DNA of 63,535 nt, filler included, from Octopus bimaculoides (Eukaryota): NCBI RefSeq assembly GCF_001194135.2. It is 5 parts of 5 records of this genome, joined end to end, with 100 filler letters (N's around TTAATTAATTAA, not from the genome) between each part and the next. Parts side by side here need not be neighbours in the genome. Positions count along the whole stretch, not along the records: positions 1 to 16,174 come from NC_069000.1; 4 more parts are not named here. One strand, written 5' to 3'. The notes under the pieces are model-generated. The model worked only from the letters and a program-made list of their open reading frames with translations, searched no databases and was not told where the DNA came from. The position numbers and the translations under genes were made by a program. Positions 1-14,747 of this stretch are shown here, in pieces (positions within the stretch are counted from its first letter, which is position 1; each line of letters opens with the position of its first letter).

Positions 1-810
1 ATACATATATAAATGTACATATACATACATCTATATACACACATATATATATATACACAAATGTATATATATACTTATATATACATACATTATACATACA
101 TGTATAAATATATATACATACATATATACGTATATATATACATACGTGTGAATATTTAAATATTTTTATACTCACACACAGATATACACATATTCACATA
201 CATACATACACACATACATATGCTCACACATATACATACATTCATACATACACACACATATACTTACTTACCTACCTACCTACATACATACATACATATA
301 TACATACATACATACACTTATGTTGTTGGTGAAGGGTTTGACGTCCGACATTCGCTGACATGAATGAAGCCGTTCGTCGAACTAACTTGCTCCATAATTA
401 GCATGTCATTGACTGCCGAGGCCACGCCCCGTCGCTCGTTAATTAATACACACCTGCACACGCGCACTCACATTTCCACCCACCTCCATCACCACCACCA
501 TCATCACCACCATTCTGTTTCTTTCGTTTCAAAATTTCATTAAAGACAGACGTAAGACATTAGGCTTACGTTTCCGTTCTGTTCTCCTACAGTTTTGGTG
601 AGTGACACTTTTTTCCTGTACCAGATCGAAAACCTAAGCTCGTTCGTGTAAATGACTTGCGCATTTTAAGATCAATCTATCAAGTACCCTTAATTCGGGG
701 GTTCTCAACCCTTTTTCCTCCTTTGGACACCTTTGATCGCTATTTTAATTGAGTAGACCCCACCCCCTAGCCATTCGATGTTTAAAAAATCCAATATTAT
801 TTTTGTAACA

Positions 811-926
811 GGCGCAGGCACCTTGGCGTGGCACCTTGGACAGGTATCTTATACTATAACCTCGGGCCAACCAAAGCCTTGTGAGTGGATTTGGTAGACG
901 GAGACTGAAAGAAGCCCATCGTATAC
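811..926 (+). mobile_element. SINE fragment (abundant family, 5' part)
   Basis: GGCACCTTGG...GGGCCAACCAAAGCCTTGTGAGTGGATTTGGTAGACGGAGACTGAAAGAAGCCC is shared with many copies in the window (31.5k, 34.1k, 52.9k, 54.1k, 57.0k, 60.0k). Confidence 0.8.
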
Positions 927-2334
927 ATATATATTTCGGGATTGATAAAGTGAGTACCAGCTTAGCACTGGGGTCGATGCAATCGACTTAACTATTCGTC
1001 ACGAGCTTGCTGGTCTTGAGCCAAAGTTTGATACCAATTTGGCCAGCGATCAACGTACAAAACTAACTGAATCACTAAATACGGCCATTTGTTGTACTGC
1101 CTGATAGATGGCGCTGATATTTACAATGGCAGACGTTGTCAGCAATGCGTTGTCACGTGACACACTATAATCCTGCTGATTTCCAGTTTCTTTCCAAATG
1201 AAAAACGTTCATAAAAAGAAAAGAAAAGCCAATAAGATAAATATTAGCTAACTGTTAATGACATGAAGAGATAATTAGCCCTGTGGGGAATTCGGGATTT
1301 CAGACAAGGTTGTTGAGCTTCGCTTTCAAGATTTTGGTATTGTCCAAAAGATATTAATTCTAGGAAAATCAACTATTTAACTATTGTTATATTTGTGGAT
1401 GGTCAAATAGAACATCTCCTGGATCACAGACACAGACACACACTAATATATACATATATATATATACATATATATATATATNNNNNNNNNNNNNNNNNNN
1501 NNNNNNNNNNNNNNNNNNNNNNNNNNNNNNNNNNNNNNNNNNNNNNNNNNNNNNNNNNNNNNNNNNNNNNNNNNNNNNNNNNNNNNNNNNNNNNNNNNNN
1601 NNNNNNNNNNNNNNNNNNNNNNNNNNNNNNNNNNNNNNNNNNNNNNNNNNNNNNNNNNNNNNNNNNNNNNNNNNNNNNNNNNNNNNNNNNNNNNNNNNNN
1701 NNNNNNNNNNNNNNNNNNNNNNNNNNNNNNNNNNNNNNNNNNNNNNNNNNNNNNNNNNNNNNNNNNNNNNNNNNNNNNNNNNNNNNNNNNNNNNNNNNNN
1801 NNNNNNNNNNNNNNNNNNNNNNNNNNNNNNNNNNNNNNNNNNNNNNNNNNNNNNNNNNNNNNNNNNNNNNNNNNNNNNNNNNNNNNNNNNNNNNNNNNNN
1901 NNNNNNNNNTATATATAAACATACACACATGTGCATGTGTGCTTGCGTATATATGTGTGTGTGTGCATGTATGTATATATACATATACATACATAATCAT
2001 ATACATAATTGTCAGAAAACAAGCCGAAATGAAATGAATACGAGTGTCAAAACAGTTATCGAAACTAAATTCATGTCTGACGATCGCTGTGACAGGAAAC
2101 TTGAGTGAACAAAAAAGTGTTTTAAGTATAAATAGGGGTCTCTATTCAATATCACGTTCTAATTACAGGCTTGCCCGTTCATTAATAAACTAAAACATTT
2201 GAACATATGTGAATATAGTGCATTTGTACACAGTTTTGATAAGAACCATACTAGAAACTCTCGGCCGTTTAATCACTTATGTCGCTAAAATGCAGACTAA
2301 TATATTATATATATATAAAGGAATTAAAAAAATG

Positions 2335-2810
2335 GGACACGAACACAAAACATCCAGACAGTTGGATGATATAAAAAAGGGACAAGAAAAAACAAGGACG
2401 GGTCATTCGGAGTTTTCTTTCCTCAGTCGAGTTCCACATTATCTTTGCAATTTCGGCTGGTTATACTCGAGATTGCTCCAATCTGGCCAGCCCCCGAGGA
2501 AAAACTAAGCTAAGAGCGCTAGATTCCTTGGAAGAAAGCAGCGAATGTATACGAAAACAAGGACGGAAAAAAATCGGAGAAATGGCACACAAATAGAAAT
2601 GCAAATAACTGGACATTAATAACAGGTGTCTTTCGACTAAGAACGAATTAAATTAAGCTGGCATGTGTGGAAGTGAAGCCTTACGGCAGGGACATAAGAG
2701 ATGACAGGCATGGGGAGGAATATAGATGTTTCACAGATGGTAGTTGAACCAAGAAAGAAAGGTCAGGTTTGGCCGAACACCGGTCACGTGGAGAGAGAGG
2801 AAAGAGGTAC
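2335..2810 (-). mobile_element. Probable Penelope-like element terminal remnant
   Basis: Pyrimidine-rich minus-strand sequence with a degenerate CTGAGGA...CCGAA motif, in the style of other Penelope-like ends here. No coding homology is visible. Confidence 0.35.
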
Positions 2811-2939
2811 ATTTACATGTATATGGTGGATGTCTACTCTTTATGCAGAGATTGACCACCCACTGTACCTACATCTTAGAACCATCACTGTACCTACACC
2901 TTAGAACGTGTGTTTGTATATGTGGTTTAGTGCATGCCT

Positions 2940-2979
<40 letters not shown>

Positions 2980-4100
2980 GTTCGTGTGTGTTGTATGTCG
3001 CTTCTCTTCTATTTTAATTATTTGAATTGTTATTTTGAAGGAGATGGTTTCAAACAGAGATACAAAGCTCCCTCGCTGAAATGTAATTAACAGAAGCAAT
3101 TTCAATTTTTGAACTTGAGAAGTCTTGCATATTTTTCCAGATCCACTTACAGATTGTGTTTGTAATGCGCGAATTATCTGGTTGGTTTCTTTTTCTGAAA
3201 ATCCAAGCTTATCCAGATTGTCACTTTTTACTCAAAATCAAATGCACCGATAATTCTGGTGTAAATGGGAATTTCTAATCAGGGTACAACAACCAAAAGT
3301 TTCAAAGCAGTTATTCATAGTTATTCATGCGAATTCTAGAAATTCACATAATATAGACATGAAATAAATTTAGATATTCATTCCAAAGTCTCCAGTATGT
3401 TTTCTATTTTCTGATAATAATATTAGCTAATACAAAATCAATTAGTCTGTTACAGAAGGCACGTCTGTATGTTTATGGCTCCATAAGATGTGATCTTTGT
3501 TTTCCGGAATTTTAAACAAAATATCATAATTGGTGATTTCTTGCAGACGGTTTCATCGATCTGTACTGATGACTTTACAAATACCAACTAGTGAAGATGG
3601 TGCATTGTTTGTTTAAAGTATTTATCATACCCACGAAAGATGGTCTCATGAAAAAAAAAAAATAAACAAAAGAAGACTGTAATTGATGTTAAAACTGCAC
3701 AAATAATAAACACCTTTCTTGTATTTGTGGGTTTTAGACAAATAGAGCTAAATTCATGAAAATATCACGTAATTTTGCACAGGATTAAATAAATGTGTGG
3801 AGTGTTTTGTTTGCGAAAACTGAATATATGTGAAACGTATTATTTTGTTCGACATTTCTTCTTTCCCTAGCCAATCAAATCACAATGACTGTTCAAACAT
3901 CGTCATGTTAACAAATATTTTTGAACTTGTTTTTGTTTTCCTCCTTCATTCGTTTGAATAATCGGCAACGTGAAACATAATGTTAAAAAAAACGAAGGAT
4001 GTCATCTTCTTGTATAATACATACAGACTTATATTGTAAGTCACTTTGTATTTGTAACTGCTACCGCTACCGAATCTCTCTCTCTCTCTCTCTCTCTCTT

Positions 4101-4165
<65 letters not shown>

Positions 4166-4382
4166 NNNNNNNNNNNNNNNNNNNNNNNNNNNNNNNNNNN
4201 NNNNNNNNNNNNNNNNNNNNNNNNNNNNNNNNNNNNNNNNNNNNNNNNNNNNNNNNNNNNNNNNNNNNNNNNNNNNNNNNNNNNNNNNNNNNNNNNNNNN
4301 NNNNNNNNNNNNNNNNNNNNNNNNNNNNNNNNNNNNNNNNNNNNNNNNNNNNNNNNNNNNNNNNNNNNNNNNNNNNNNNNNN

Positions 4383-4427
<45 letters not shown>

Positions 4428-4969
4428 ATGCATGTATGTATGTATCGATGTATGTATATGTATAATACACACACACACACACACACGCACACACACACAC
4501 ACGCACACACACATAGAGATACATATACACCCACCCACACATGCATCTTTCCTTCCTCTATCGCTGTTTCTATATATTCCTGCTCAGCTTCAATTCTGTT
4601 ATTCTGTCATTCTCTTATGCTCGCACAACTTCCTTCTACCGTTCTGTTTGTAATGTTCTCCAGTTTCCGCCATTTTCACCATTCTCGTTTCCGGTGAACT
4701 CCGTTGTTTTCCGTTCACAGCTCCTCCTTCACCACCCTCTCACCCTCTAGACCAGAACAAATCACATTTTCTTCTATCTCTTTTCACAGAACCCTCTTCT
4801 TCTCTACCTTTCTCTCTCCACCCCTTCTTCTCTCTGCCTCTCTCTCCATCTCCCACCTCACACTCTCTTAGTCTATCTCGTTGTCTATTTATGTATGTAT
4901 CAATCCATCTAAAAATAGCTCTTTCTCTCTCTCTCTCTCTCGCTCTCTCTCTCTATCTCTGTCTCTCTT

Positions 4970-5018
<49 letters not shown>

Positions 5019-5628
5019 NNNNNNNNNNNNNNNNNNNNNNNNNNNNNNNNNNNNNNNNNNNNNNNNNNNNNNNNNNNNNNNNNNNNNNNNNNNNNNNNNN
5101 NNNNNNNNNNNNNNNNNNNNNNNNNNNNNNNNNNNNNNNNNNNNNNNNNNNNNNNNNNNNNNNNNNNNNNNNNNNNNNNNNNNNNNNNNNNNNNNNNNNN
5201 NNNNNNNNNNNNNNNNNNNNNNNNNNNNNNNNNNNNNNNNNNNNNNNNNNNNNNNNNNNNNNNNNNNNNNNNNNNNNNNNNNNNNNNNNNNNNNNNNNNN
5301 NNNNNNNNNNNNNNNNNNNNNNNNNNNNNNNNNNNNNNNNNNNNNNNNNNNNNNNNNNNNNNNNNNNNNNNNNNNNNNNNNNNNNNNNNNNNNNNNNNNN
5401 NNNNNNNNNNNNNNNNNNNNNNNNNNNNNNNNNNNNNNNNNNNNNNNNNNNNNNNNNNNNNNNNNNNNNNNNNNNNNNNNNNNNNNNNNNNNNNNNNNNN
5501 NNNNNNNNNNNNNNNNNNNNNNNNNNNNNNNNNNNNNNNNNNNNNNNNNNNNNNNNNNNNNNNNNNNNNNNNNNNNNNNNNNNNNNNNNNNNNNNNNNNN
5601 NNNNNNNNNNNNNNNNNNNNNNNNNNNN

Positions 5629-5669
<41 letters not shown>

Positions 5670-6041
5670 ATATATATATATATACAATATTGTATTACGT
5701 AACAAAATATTTCGTCCTACACCTGTGACCTGGTCATTGAACCTCCGCAACATCTGATACAGACTTTGCAATTATATAATCGCGTTAATTATATTTGATC
5801 GCTTCACGAACTGCATTTAAATTTCACTTTCGAATAAAAACAAAACCCGCCTTATCTTCTTCTATTAACACCTGTAGACGAGGACAAATAGAGGGGAGAA
5901 ACAAGGGGGAGGGGAAAGAGGGAAGGCAGGGGTAAATCTCGGTCATGACTATATTACATAACAGGTCACTGTTGTTTAGCCCTAGAAAGGTAATCTTAAA
6001 GAAACAGCAATCTATTGTGTCAGTCCTTTGTATTATTATTA

Positions 6042-6103
<62 letters not shown>

Positions 6104-8373
6104 GCTCAAACGGTGTAGTGTAGCTAGAATTATGTTATCTAATGTCTTTTCTCTCTTCAGGTGGAGTGCATGATTTGAAGTACATTTAGTCATTATTTCT
6201 AGCATTTTCAACAACTGCATATACGGTTTTATTCGATTTCATAATGTATTGTATATAACATTATTCTATTGTTATTTTGTTATATTTTTCTATATAACAG
6301 AATTGTATAACAGAATTGTATATAATATTTTTATATATAACAGTGCTGTATATGATATTTTATAATATAAAGAAAAAGGCACTCGATTGGCAGAATCGTT
6401 AAGTGCTTCCAATTAATATACCTTGGTAATTGGCCCAACGCGTTCGAATCTTGCTTTTCATGCTTCCGAAGTCGATAAAGTACTACTCAAATTTTTATTA
6501 TTATTAAAGGATTGTATTCCATTATAAAATAGTAGAAAGTGTTATTGTAATTAGAAGAAATAACACATTCCGAATCCCCTCCTTAAGATGGGTCCTCAGA
6601 TGAAGAGAAAGTCTGTGTATTGAAATGGGATAAAACGCGAAGAAAGATGCTCGCTTCCCATATATGGAAAGAGAGCATCGAAAACGAAATACAACGAGTT
6701 GGTTGAAATCGGCGTAAACAATGGATAAGAGGCAACATGCGTTCCTGGAAAGATAGGAGTTAAAAAAATTTGCAGGAATCAAGATTCACACGGTGTTCAG
6801 GAGTCTTGGACAAGTTGCGAAGGAGAGAAAAGATGGTTCCTGAAAACTGTCAGAAACCTTTGAGAAAGTTAGCCATTATATCTGGCTTAAGAAAGAGGAC
6901 GAATGATGCAGTAAGAACAAATATTGAGGATGATAGAAACATCTGGCCCAGAGTCACAAAATCCGACTCAACGACATCGGGGAAAGCCTCAGGCAGTTCT
7001 TATGCTGCGATGGAAGGGGCCAAAATATATATAGAACTGCTTCAACGCCTGAAGAGACATCGGCTCCTGCATTCGGAGACAGGGTTTAGTAGCATTCAAA
7101 CCACTCAGGGGTTTACTCCAAAAAATATCATACTGTGTCAACAGATTTGTTGTAATTTTACGACCTGGTCATTGAAATAATTCCATTTTATTTGCAAAAC
7201 GTTACATCAATAAAAAAAAAATTAAACACAATAAACGTGAGTGTGAATATGGATGTTTTTTAAACGGCTACAACGAATGACTTCTACATGATGTAATTAT
7301 AACATTTTTTTCGATTAAATTGATATTATTATCATACTTGTAATTTTTATATTTTAAATACATGTGATATTTTAATATTTATTCGCCAACGGAAATTATT
7401 AATTTTTAGCGCAGTAGCGCAAGACTTCTGCGCCATTGAGCAAAAATAATTATATTTAACCGGGTTGTTAGATGCTTTTGTTGTGTAAACTTTGTCATCA
7501 CTGGCCGAGATGTCATATAGTACGGACATAGCTGATGGCGTAAAAACGAAAAAAAAAAAAAACAGGAAATTAACCTTTCTAGTCGTTGGCATCCTGTCTT
7601 TATTGTTTTGCGTACTTCAAAAATGAAGAGTTCCAACTGGAGTAAGTGAAATTAAAACACCGTTTAAAGGAAGATGGATGGTTGTAGGTCACAAGACAGA
7701 AAAATAAAAATGGAAAAAGATGGGGAACGAGGAAGAGGAGGAGGAGAAAAATAGGTAGTGTGATGAGAAAATATCATATATGAATAGACATGTGCATGAG
7801 ACGGGGAGAGACATATATTTTTATATATATTTATTTGTGTATGTGTGTATGTATATATAGCTATAGGTACATATACATGTATATAAATATATACATATAC
7901 ATATATATATACATTGAGANNNNNNNNNNNNNNNNNNNNNNNNNNNNNNNNNNNNNNNNNNNNNNNNNNNNNNNNNNNNNNNNNNNNNNNNNNNNNNNNN
8001 NNNNNNNNNNNNNNNNNNNNNNNNNNNNNNNNNNNNNNNNNNNNNNNNNNNNNNNNNNNNNNNNNNNNNNNNNNNNNNNNNNNNNNNNNNNNNNNNNNNN
8101 NNNNNNNNNNNNNNNNNNNNNNNNNNNNNNNNNNNNNNNNNNNNNNNNNNNNNNNNNNNNNNNNNNNNNNNNNNNNNNNNNNNNNNNNNNNNNNNNNNNN
8201 NNNNNNNNNNNNNNNNNNNNNNNNNNNNNNNNNNNNNNNNNNNNNNNNNNNNNNNNNNNNNNNNNNNNNNNNNNNNNNNNNNNNNNNNNNNNNNNNNNNN
8301 NNNNNNNNNNNNNNNNCAATATTCTTATTTAAGAATGATATAGATAGATAGATAAATAGACAGACAGACCGCC

Positions 8374-8424
<51 letters not shown>

Positions 8425-8464
8425 CACACACACACACACAAACACACACGCACAAACACACACA

Positions 8465-8513
<49 letters not shown>

Positions 8514-9322
8514 CATAAATATATGATTTTTAAAAATCAGCTGTTTACTTTTCATTAGCCATTAACAACTGGGAAGGAATTCAGCTTCCAACGGAAGTTG
8601 AAATAACATGTACCTATAACGGAATATTGGCATTGTAACAAAGGGGAAAAACCGATCCCACACTTATTTGTGGAACAATGAAAATATTTCTGAAAAAATA
8701 TTCCGAGAAAAGTTACATCTCCATCAATTAAATATATACATAGAGAAGATAGATACATAAAGAATTGCCACTAGTATTTTGTTAGAAAACAATTTCAGTT
8801 TAGGACCTTATAACAAGCCCCTAGATATTCTATTATCAGGTCTACTGAGAATTTTGGGTGTTAATAATGTTGCTACGGAAATTGCTACATTTGGTCAAAC
8901 ATCAACAACTCTTTGAATACATGTGATTATGCATTTACAAGATAGAGACAACACCGTAACAGTATTTTGAACTCAGACTAGATATAAATGTTGGCTATAG
9001 ATTCTTAGGGGAAAAACAGTGCTGTAATCATAATTAAAATTAATGATAGTCCAAGAAAGTGTCTTTCCTTGTTACTAAGTTAAAACCCACCGCCATCTAA
9101 CAAACATCTAATTAGTGCTAATAAGGCCCTAAACAAATATGCTGAAAATTACAAATATTTTCCAATTAGTAAATCAAACTAAAACAATCTCTAGAAGCGT
9201 CCAATATTAAATTAATTAACAACGACAAACTACAAGACATTTTAGAAGGTGATTTAAACATGCAATTAACAAATAATAATGAGGATGATAATTACAATTA
9301 TATAAACATATATATTAATGTG

Positions 9323-9358
<36 letters not shown>

Positions 9359-9421
9359 AACACACACATATATGTATCTAAGAATATATATATACACACA
9401 CACATATATATATATATATAC

Positions 9422-9466
<45 letters not shown>

Positions 9467-9727
9467 CATNNNNNNNNNNNNNNNNNNNNNNNNNNNNNNN
9501 NNNNNNNNNNNNNNNNNNNNNNNNNNNNNNNNNNNNNNNNNNNNNNNNNNNNNNNNNNNNNNNNNNNNNNNNNNNNNNNNNNNNNNNNNNNNNNNNNNNN
9601 NNNNNNNNNNNNNNNNNNNNNNNNNNNNNNNNNNNNNNNNNNNNNNNNNNNNNNNNNNNNNNNNNNNNNNNNNNNNNNNNNNNNNNNNNNNNNNNNNNNN
9701 NNNNNNNNNNNNNNNNNNNNNNNNNNN

Positions 9728-9766
<39 letters not shown>

Positions 9767-9805
9767 ATATATATATGTATATATACATATGGATACACAC
9801 ATACA

Positions 9806-9836
<31 letters not shown>

Positions 9837-10713
9837 TGTATATACATATTGTATATATATATATATATGTGTACATACATACATGCAGTGAAGGCGTATG
9901 GCCTAGCGATAGCAAGATCGTTTGTACAATTCCTGGAACAGGTGGTAGGATGTATTCTTGTGCAACACACATCATTTCACGTTGCTCTTCTTTAGTCCAC
10001 TCAGCTGCAAGTGGGTGACTCTGCGAGGGAATGTTGGGTCCACTCGGCCAGCCAGCGCAGAAGAAATCGTTCAAAAGCTAAAACAAGGTGAAGTGCATTG
10101 TGGCCAGCGATGTATAACAACATCCGATAGTCTGGTCAACACTGTGGTATACGCATGCAAGAGTGAACACGCACATAAATGAGTACACACAAACACATGC
10201 ATACATGTGTGTGTATGTGTGTATACGTGTGTGTATGTTTGTGTACTTGCGTCTGTGTCATCAAATAGTCTACATTACTATATTTGTTTGCGAGCAATAA
10301 AAATATTCCTTTATTGTTATTTGCCTCTACATATAAATTAATATTCTGGGTACATTCCATCACGGATCTGAGAAATCGGAGGAGGAGGAGGAGGAGGAGG
10401 AGGNNNNNNNNNNNNNNNNNNNNNNNNNNNNNNNNNNNNNNNNNNNNNNNNNNNNNNNNNNNNNNNNNNNNNNNNNNNNNNNNNNNNNNNNNNNNNNNNN
10501 NNNNNNNNNNNNNNNNNNNNNNNNNNNNNNNNNNNNNNNNNNNNNNNNNNNNNNNNNNNNNNNNNNNNNNNNNNNNNNNNNNNNNNNNNNNNNNNNNNNN
10601 NNNNNNNNNNNNNNNNNNNNTATATATATACAAATGTATATTTATAAATACATATATATATAAATATAAATACATATATACACACACACATACACACACA
10701 CAGACACACAGAG

Positions 10714-10763
<50 letters not shown>

Positions 10764-11116
10764 ATATATATATATGTATGTATATGATATACGCATGCAT
10801 ATACATATATTTATAGAGATTGACAGTGTATATATCAGTGTGCATTAGGTAAATTTACAGAAATAGAATTAAAAAAAGAAAGAATTTTAACGGGAAAGAA
10901 AGAGGGAGGGAGAAGGAACAGACCTGAAAAGCGATTCTGTGGAAATCTATATGGTTGCCTTTAGGATATATATTTCGTGTTATATGCAAATATTTTAATT
11001 ATTCATGCTTTGATATGAGTCTCAGTAAATCATAAATATATGTGAGATTGTACATAAATATGCATAGTGGCATGCATGTATATTTTGATGTATATATCCA
11101 TGTATATATTCTTGTA

Positions 11117-11152
<36 letters not shown>

Positions 11153-11197
11153 TATACATACATACATGAACATATACATGGATATATAGAAATATAT

Positions 11198-11237
<40 letters not shown>

Positions 11238-12689
11238 GCAATCATTAAGCAATCATTAACTTGCGGAAGATTTGACGTAGAATAAGAAAATAGCAGTTGT
11301 TCTTCATTTCGTATTATGTGACTGATAAGTTTGGTTGAATTTTTTTTCTTTTTTATTTGCAAAAATCAATGGAAACTACAAATTGTTGCTTGAATTTTCT
11401 GTAGAAGTCATAAGATATAAATATGTATATATCTACCATGCAGGGAGCTTCCGGGACATCTAGATGTTTCAATGACAGCTCACCTCTGCAGAATTTTTAA
11501 TGGTGTTGTTTCTATAGTTGTTGTAAGCCAATCATGGTTCAACAGTAGACTTGCAATCAGAGACATTCCCGCAATGACCATGCCGTTTATTATTAGTGCT
11601 GTGTACGACTGCATTGCCTTATATGGGTTTCTTCTACCGAGAAGGTAAAACTTCTTTGCGAGGCGGCTGGACGGTTATCCTTTCCAGTTTAAGCATTTTG
11701 GCGGCCCCGTGTATGAGTTGATATTCCTGTAACAGCGGGTGGTGGGAGAGAATGTAGGAGGAGTAGCAATGACACTTGATAAGTATGTATTTTGCGGGGG
11801 TGGAGAGGACGTGGTGGCGGTGATGGTAGTGAGGGTGGCAGCGGCGGTGGTGTTGGTCGTTGTCGACGTCGCAGTACAGTGGTAGTGCTGTTGTTGTTCA
11901 TACTGGTGGTGGTGTCAGTCGTGGGCGTGGTGTCGGTGATCGACTTCCTCATCATCGTCTTACCGGTGAGCTGGTAATGGTGGTGTTGGTAGTGGTGGTG
12001 GTGGTAGTGGTGGTGGTGGTAGTGGCCGGTGTGGTGGTGGCAGTGGAACGACCTTGAGACAGCACTTAAAAGTCCTTTGTTCGTTGAGATAAGATGAGAC
12101 GGGTGAGATTGAAATTTACCTATCAAAAGACACAAAACACCTGTCGAGGTTATTTCAATGGTGTGTATGAAAGAAGCCGCTATTGTTGATTGTTGTAGCA
12201 CACACCCCACACACACACATACACACATACACTCAGATATATATATATGCGTGTGTGTGTGTGTGTGTCTGTGTGTATGTGTGTGTATTTGTATGTATGT
12301 ATATATACATAGAGAGAGACAGACAGACAGAAAGAAAACAAAGGAATGTGTGTGTGTGCGCGCGCGTGTATATATATATATATATATGTGTGTGTGTATA
12401 TATATATATATATACGCACGCACACACACACACACATATGTATACACGCACATATACGGCGCTTTTACTTCTCGGTATATGTTCTGCAAACAACTTGCAC
12501 ATGCAAGTGGTCCCACTCGATAGCTCCGCAAACCGGAAGCCAGCAAGTGTATGGGGTCATCAGGAGCGAATGCGCGCCGTTTCGGGGCCTACTTATCGAC
12601 GCCATCAATGCGCACCGGCCTCCAGCCCCTCACTGATATGAGGCCCCGCTTGCTACATCAAACAGGTTATCAAATAAAGCTCAATATTA

Positions 12690-13010
12690 TTTGATGTCCA
12701 TCTCGCAGACTTTACGTAATCGAAATTCGTCGAGGATAATATCGCATGCAGAACCACAACTAACTTGCGGCAAACACGCCCACCACATCGATGGTCACTC
12801 GCTGGTTCCAGAGAACCATTTCTCCAGCTTGTTGAATCTTCACGTCAGTGGTAGAGGCTGATGGGTGTCCAGCTCTCTCGTCGTGCTTCGCGTCTGTCAG
12901 GCAATTTTAAAACTTGGCAGTCCTTTCATACATACTTTTACGAGGGAGAGAGCCCCACTGAATGCCTGTGATGAAGTTCAGCCCCTCACACCGAATCCCT
13001 GATCTCTGCT
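12690..13010 (-). mobile_element. Degenerate mariner transposase fragment (N-terminal HTH region)
   Basis: Minus-strand translation with a frameshift: DERAGHPSASTTDVKIQQAGEMVL...RVTIDVV...VSCGSACDIILDEFRLRKVC.RW, matching the mariner GRP/HTH/WVPK region. Confidence 0.7.
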
Positions 13011-13269
13011 CTACCACGGTATACACTGCCAGTGGAGCAGCCATGTATATTTTGTGAAGCAAGAAAGAAAACTGCTATGATTAAGGCCAAAGCTCGATTG
13101 CGTGACCACAAGAGTAACACATTTAGCACGAGTGTTCAACTAGTGTTGCTGTTTATGTATATGTGTGTATGTGTGTGCATGTGTGTAGTGAGAGAGAGAG
13201 AGAGAAAGAGAATGATGCATAATATATATATATAGAGATATGTATATATATATGTATGTATGTATCTCT

Positions 13270-13410
13270 CTGCTTATTTTTTCTTATTCCTTTCTACTGA
13301 AGAGCCTAGGCTCAAAACGTAAAAGACTTTCTCACTTTCCTGAGCTTCAAACTAATACATTTGTTTGTTGTTCATACACCTATCTTCGTCTTTTGTTTTT
13401 CTGTAAATTT
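13270..13410 (+). mobile_element. Short Penelope-like terminal repeat (GAAGAGCxTAGGCTCxAAACGTxAAAGAC family)
   Basis: Homologous to 48655-48800 (minus) and 53310-53569 (plus) in this window. Confidence 0.55.
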
Positions 13411-13447
13411 CAACTATATATATATATATATACACACGCACGCACGC

Positions 13448-13479
<32 letters not shown>

Positions 13480-13578
13480 TACAAACCATTACAAACACTC
13501 CTTCAGTGGAACTCGCAACTGACAGCCATCCCCTACTCTCTACATCGACGCTCTAATGCATTCGGTTTCCTACTCTCT

Positions 13579-13810
13579 CTCTCTCTTCGCTTTATTCTCA
13601 CTCATCCCGCCCTCTCTCTTCGCTTTACTCTCACTCATTCCTCCCTCTCTCTTCGCTTTATTCTCACTCATCCCTCCCTCTCTCTTCGCTTTATTCTCAC
13701 TCATCCCTCCCTCTCTCTTCGCTTTATTCTCACTCATCCCTACCTCTCTCTTCGCTTTATTCTCACTCATCCCTCCCTCTCTCTTACCGTTATTCTCACT
13801 CCTCCCTCCC
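13579..13810 (+). repeat. 33-bp minisatellite, about 7 copies (CTCTCTCTTCGCTTTATTCTCACTCATCCCTCC)
   Basis: Directly visible tandem units with few substitutions and no spacers. Confidence 0.92.
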
Positions 13811-14575
13811 TCTCTTTCTCTCATCGTCTCTTCCAACAATGGCCTTCTTCCTCACCCCCGTCTCATCCCTCCATATCTACCTCATTGTTGTGTCGTCCAT
13901 TTTGCCACCATCTGGCATCGTTTACTGGTCAAAGAAAAGTGCCATGAGTTTAAATAAACCTTTTTGTTTCAAGTGGATGAGAATCTTCTTCAGAGTATCT
14001 GCTGTCTTTGAGGGTCGCCTTTTATATGAAGACACACACACTCACACGCAAAGAGACACACACATACACACACACATATATACACACGTGTGTACAAACA
14101 TGCTCACACAGTCATACACATAAATACACACACTTTCAACCATACACACACTCTTTCTTCATAATATGCCTTTGTTGGCGTGTGTGTACACACGCATACA
14201 TATATAGATGGTATATGTACATATATATTATATATTGTAAATTTATATATATATAGATACATATATATGTATATATATGCATGTATATATTTATGTATAT
14301 ATGTATGTAAGTATATTTATATATATATATATATATGTGTATATATGTATGTATTTATGCACATATATAAATGTATATATTCGTATATATGTATGTAGGT
14401 GTGTATGCATATATATAAATGTTTGTATATGTGTGTATATCTGTATATCACTGATTACAACAATACCTATCTACCAATATATACAAATATATTTCCTTTC
14501 CTGAGCGTCCAGTAACACTATCCGTATCACGTCCTCACTTTGTTGTTTTTTTGTTATTGCTTTTTGTGTTTTTTT

Positions 14576-14649
<74 letters not shown>

Positions 14650-14715
14650 CATACGTTGCATTAAAAAATATATATATATAAATACGCATTCCTAATGACA
14701 AGTAGGTACGCACAC

Positions 14716-14747
<32 letters not shown>

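Noticed and set aside
3165-3245. Minus-strand protein-like stretch KSDNLDKLGFSEKETNQIIRALQTQS ending at a GTAAGT donor
   Set aside because: An in-frame stop lies just upstream, there is no convincing acceptor, and I recognise no homology.
6570-7180. 136-aa ORF 6770-7180 and its upstream purine-rich sequence
   Set aside because: No recognisable domain or splice framework. It may be a decayed LINE end, but I cannot support a call.
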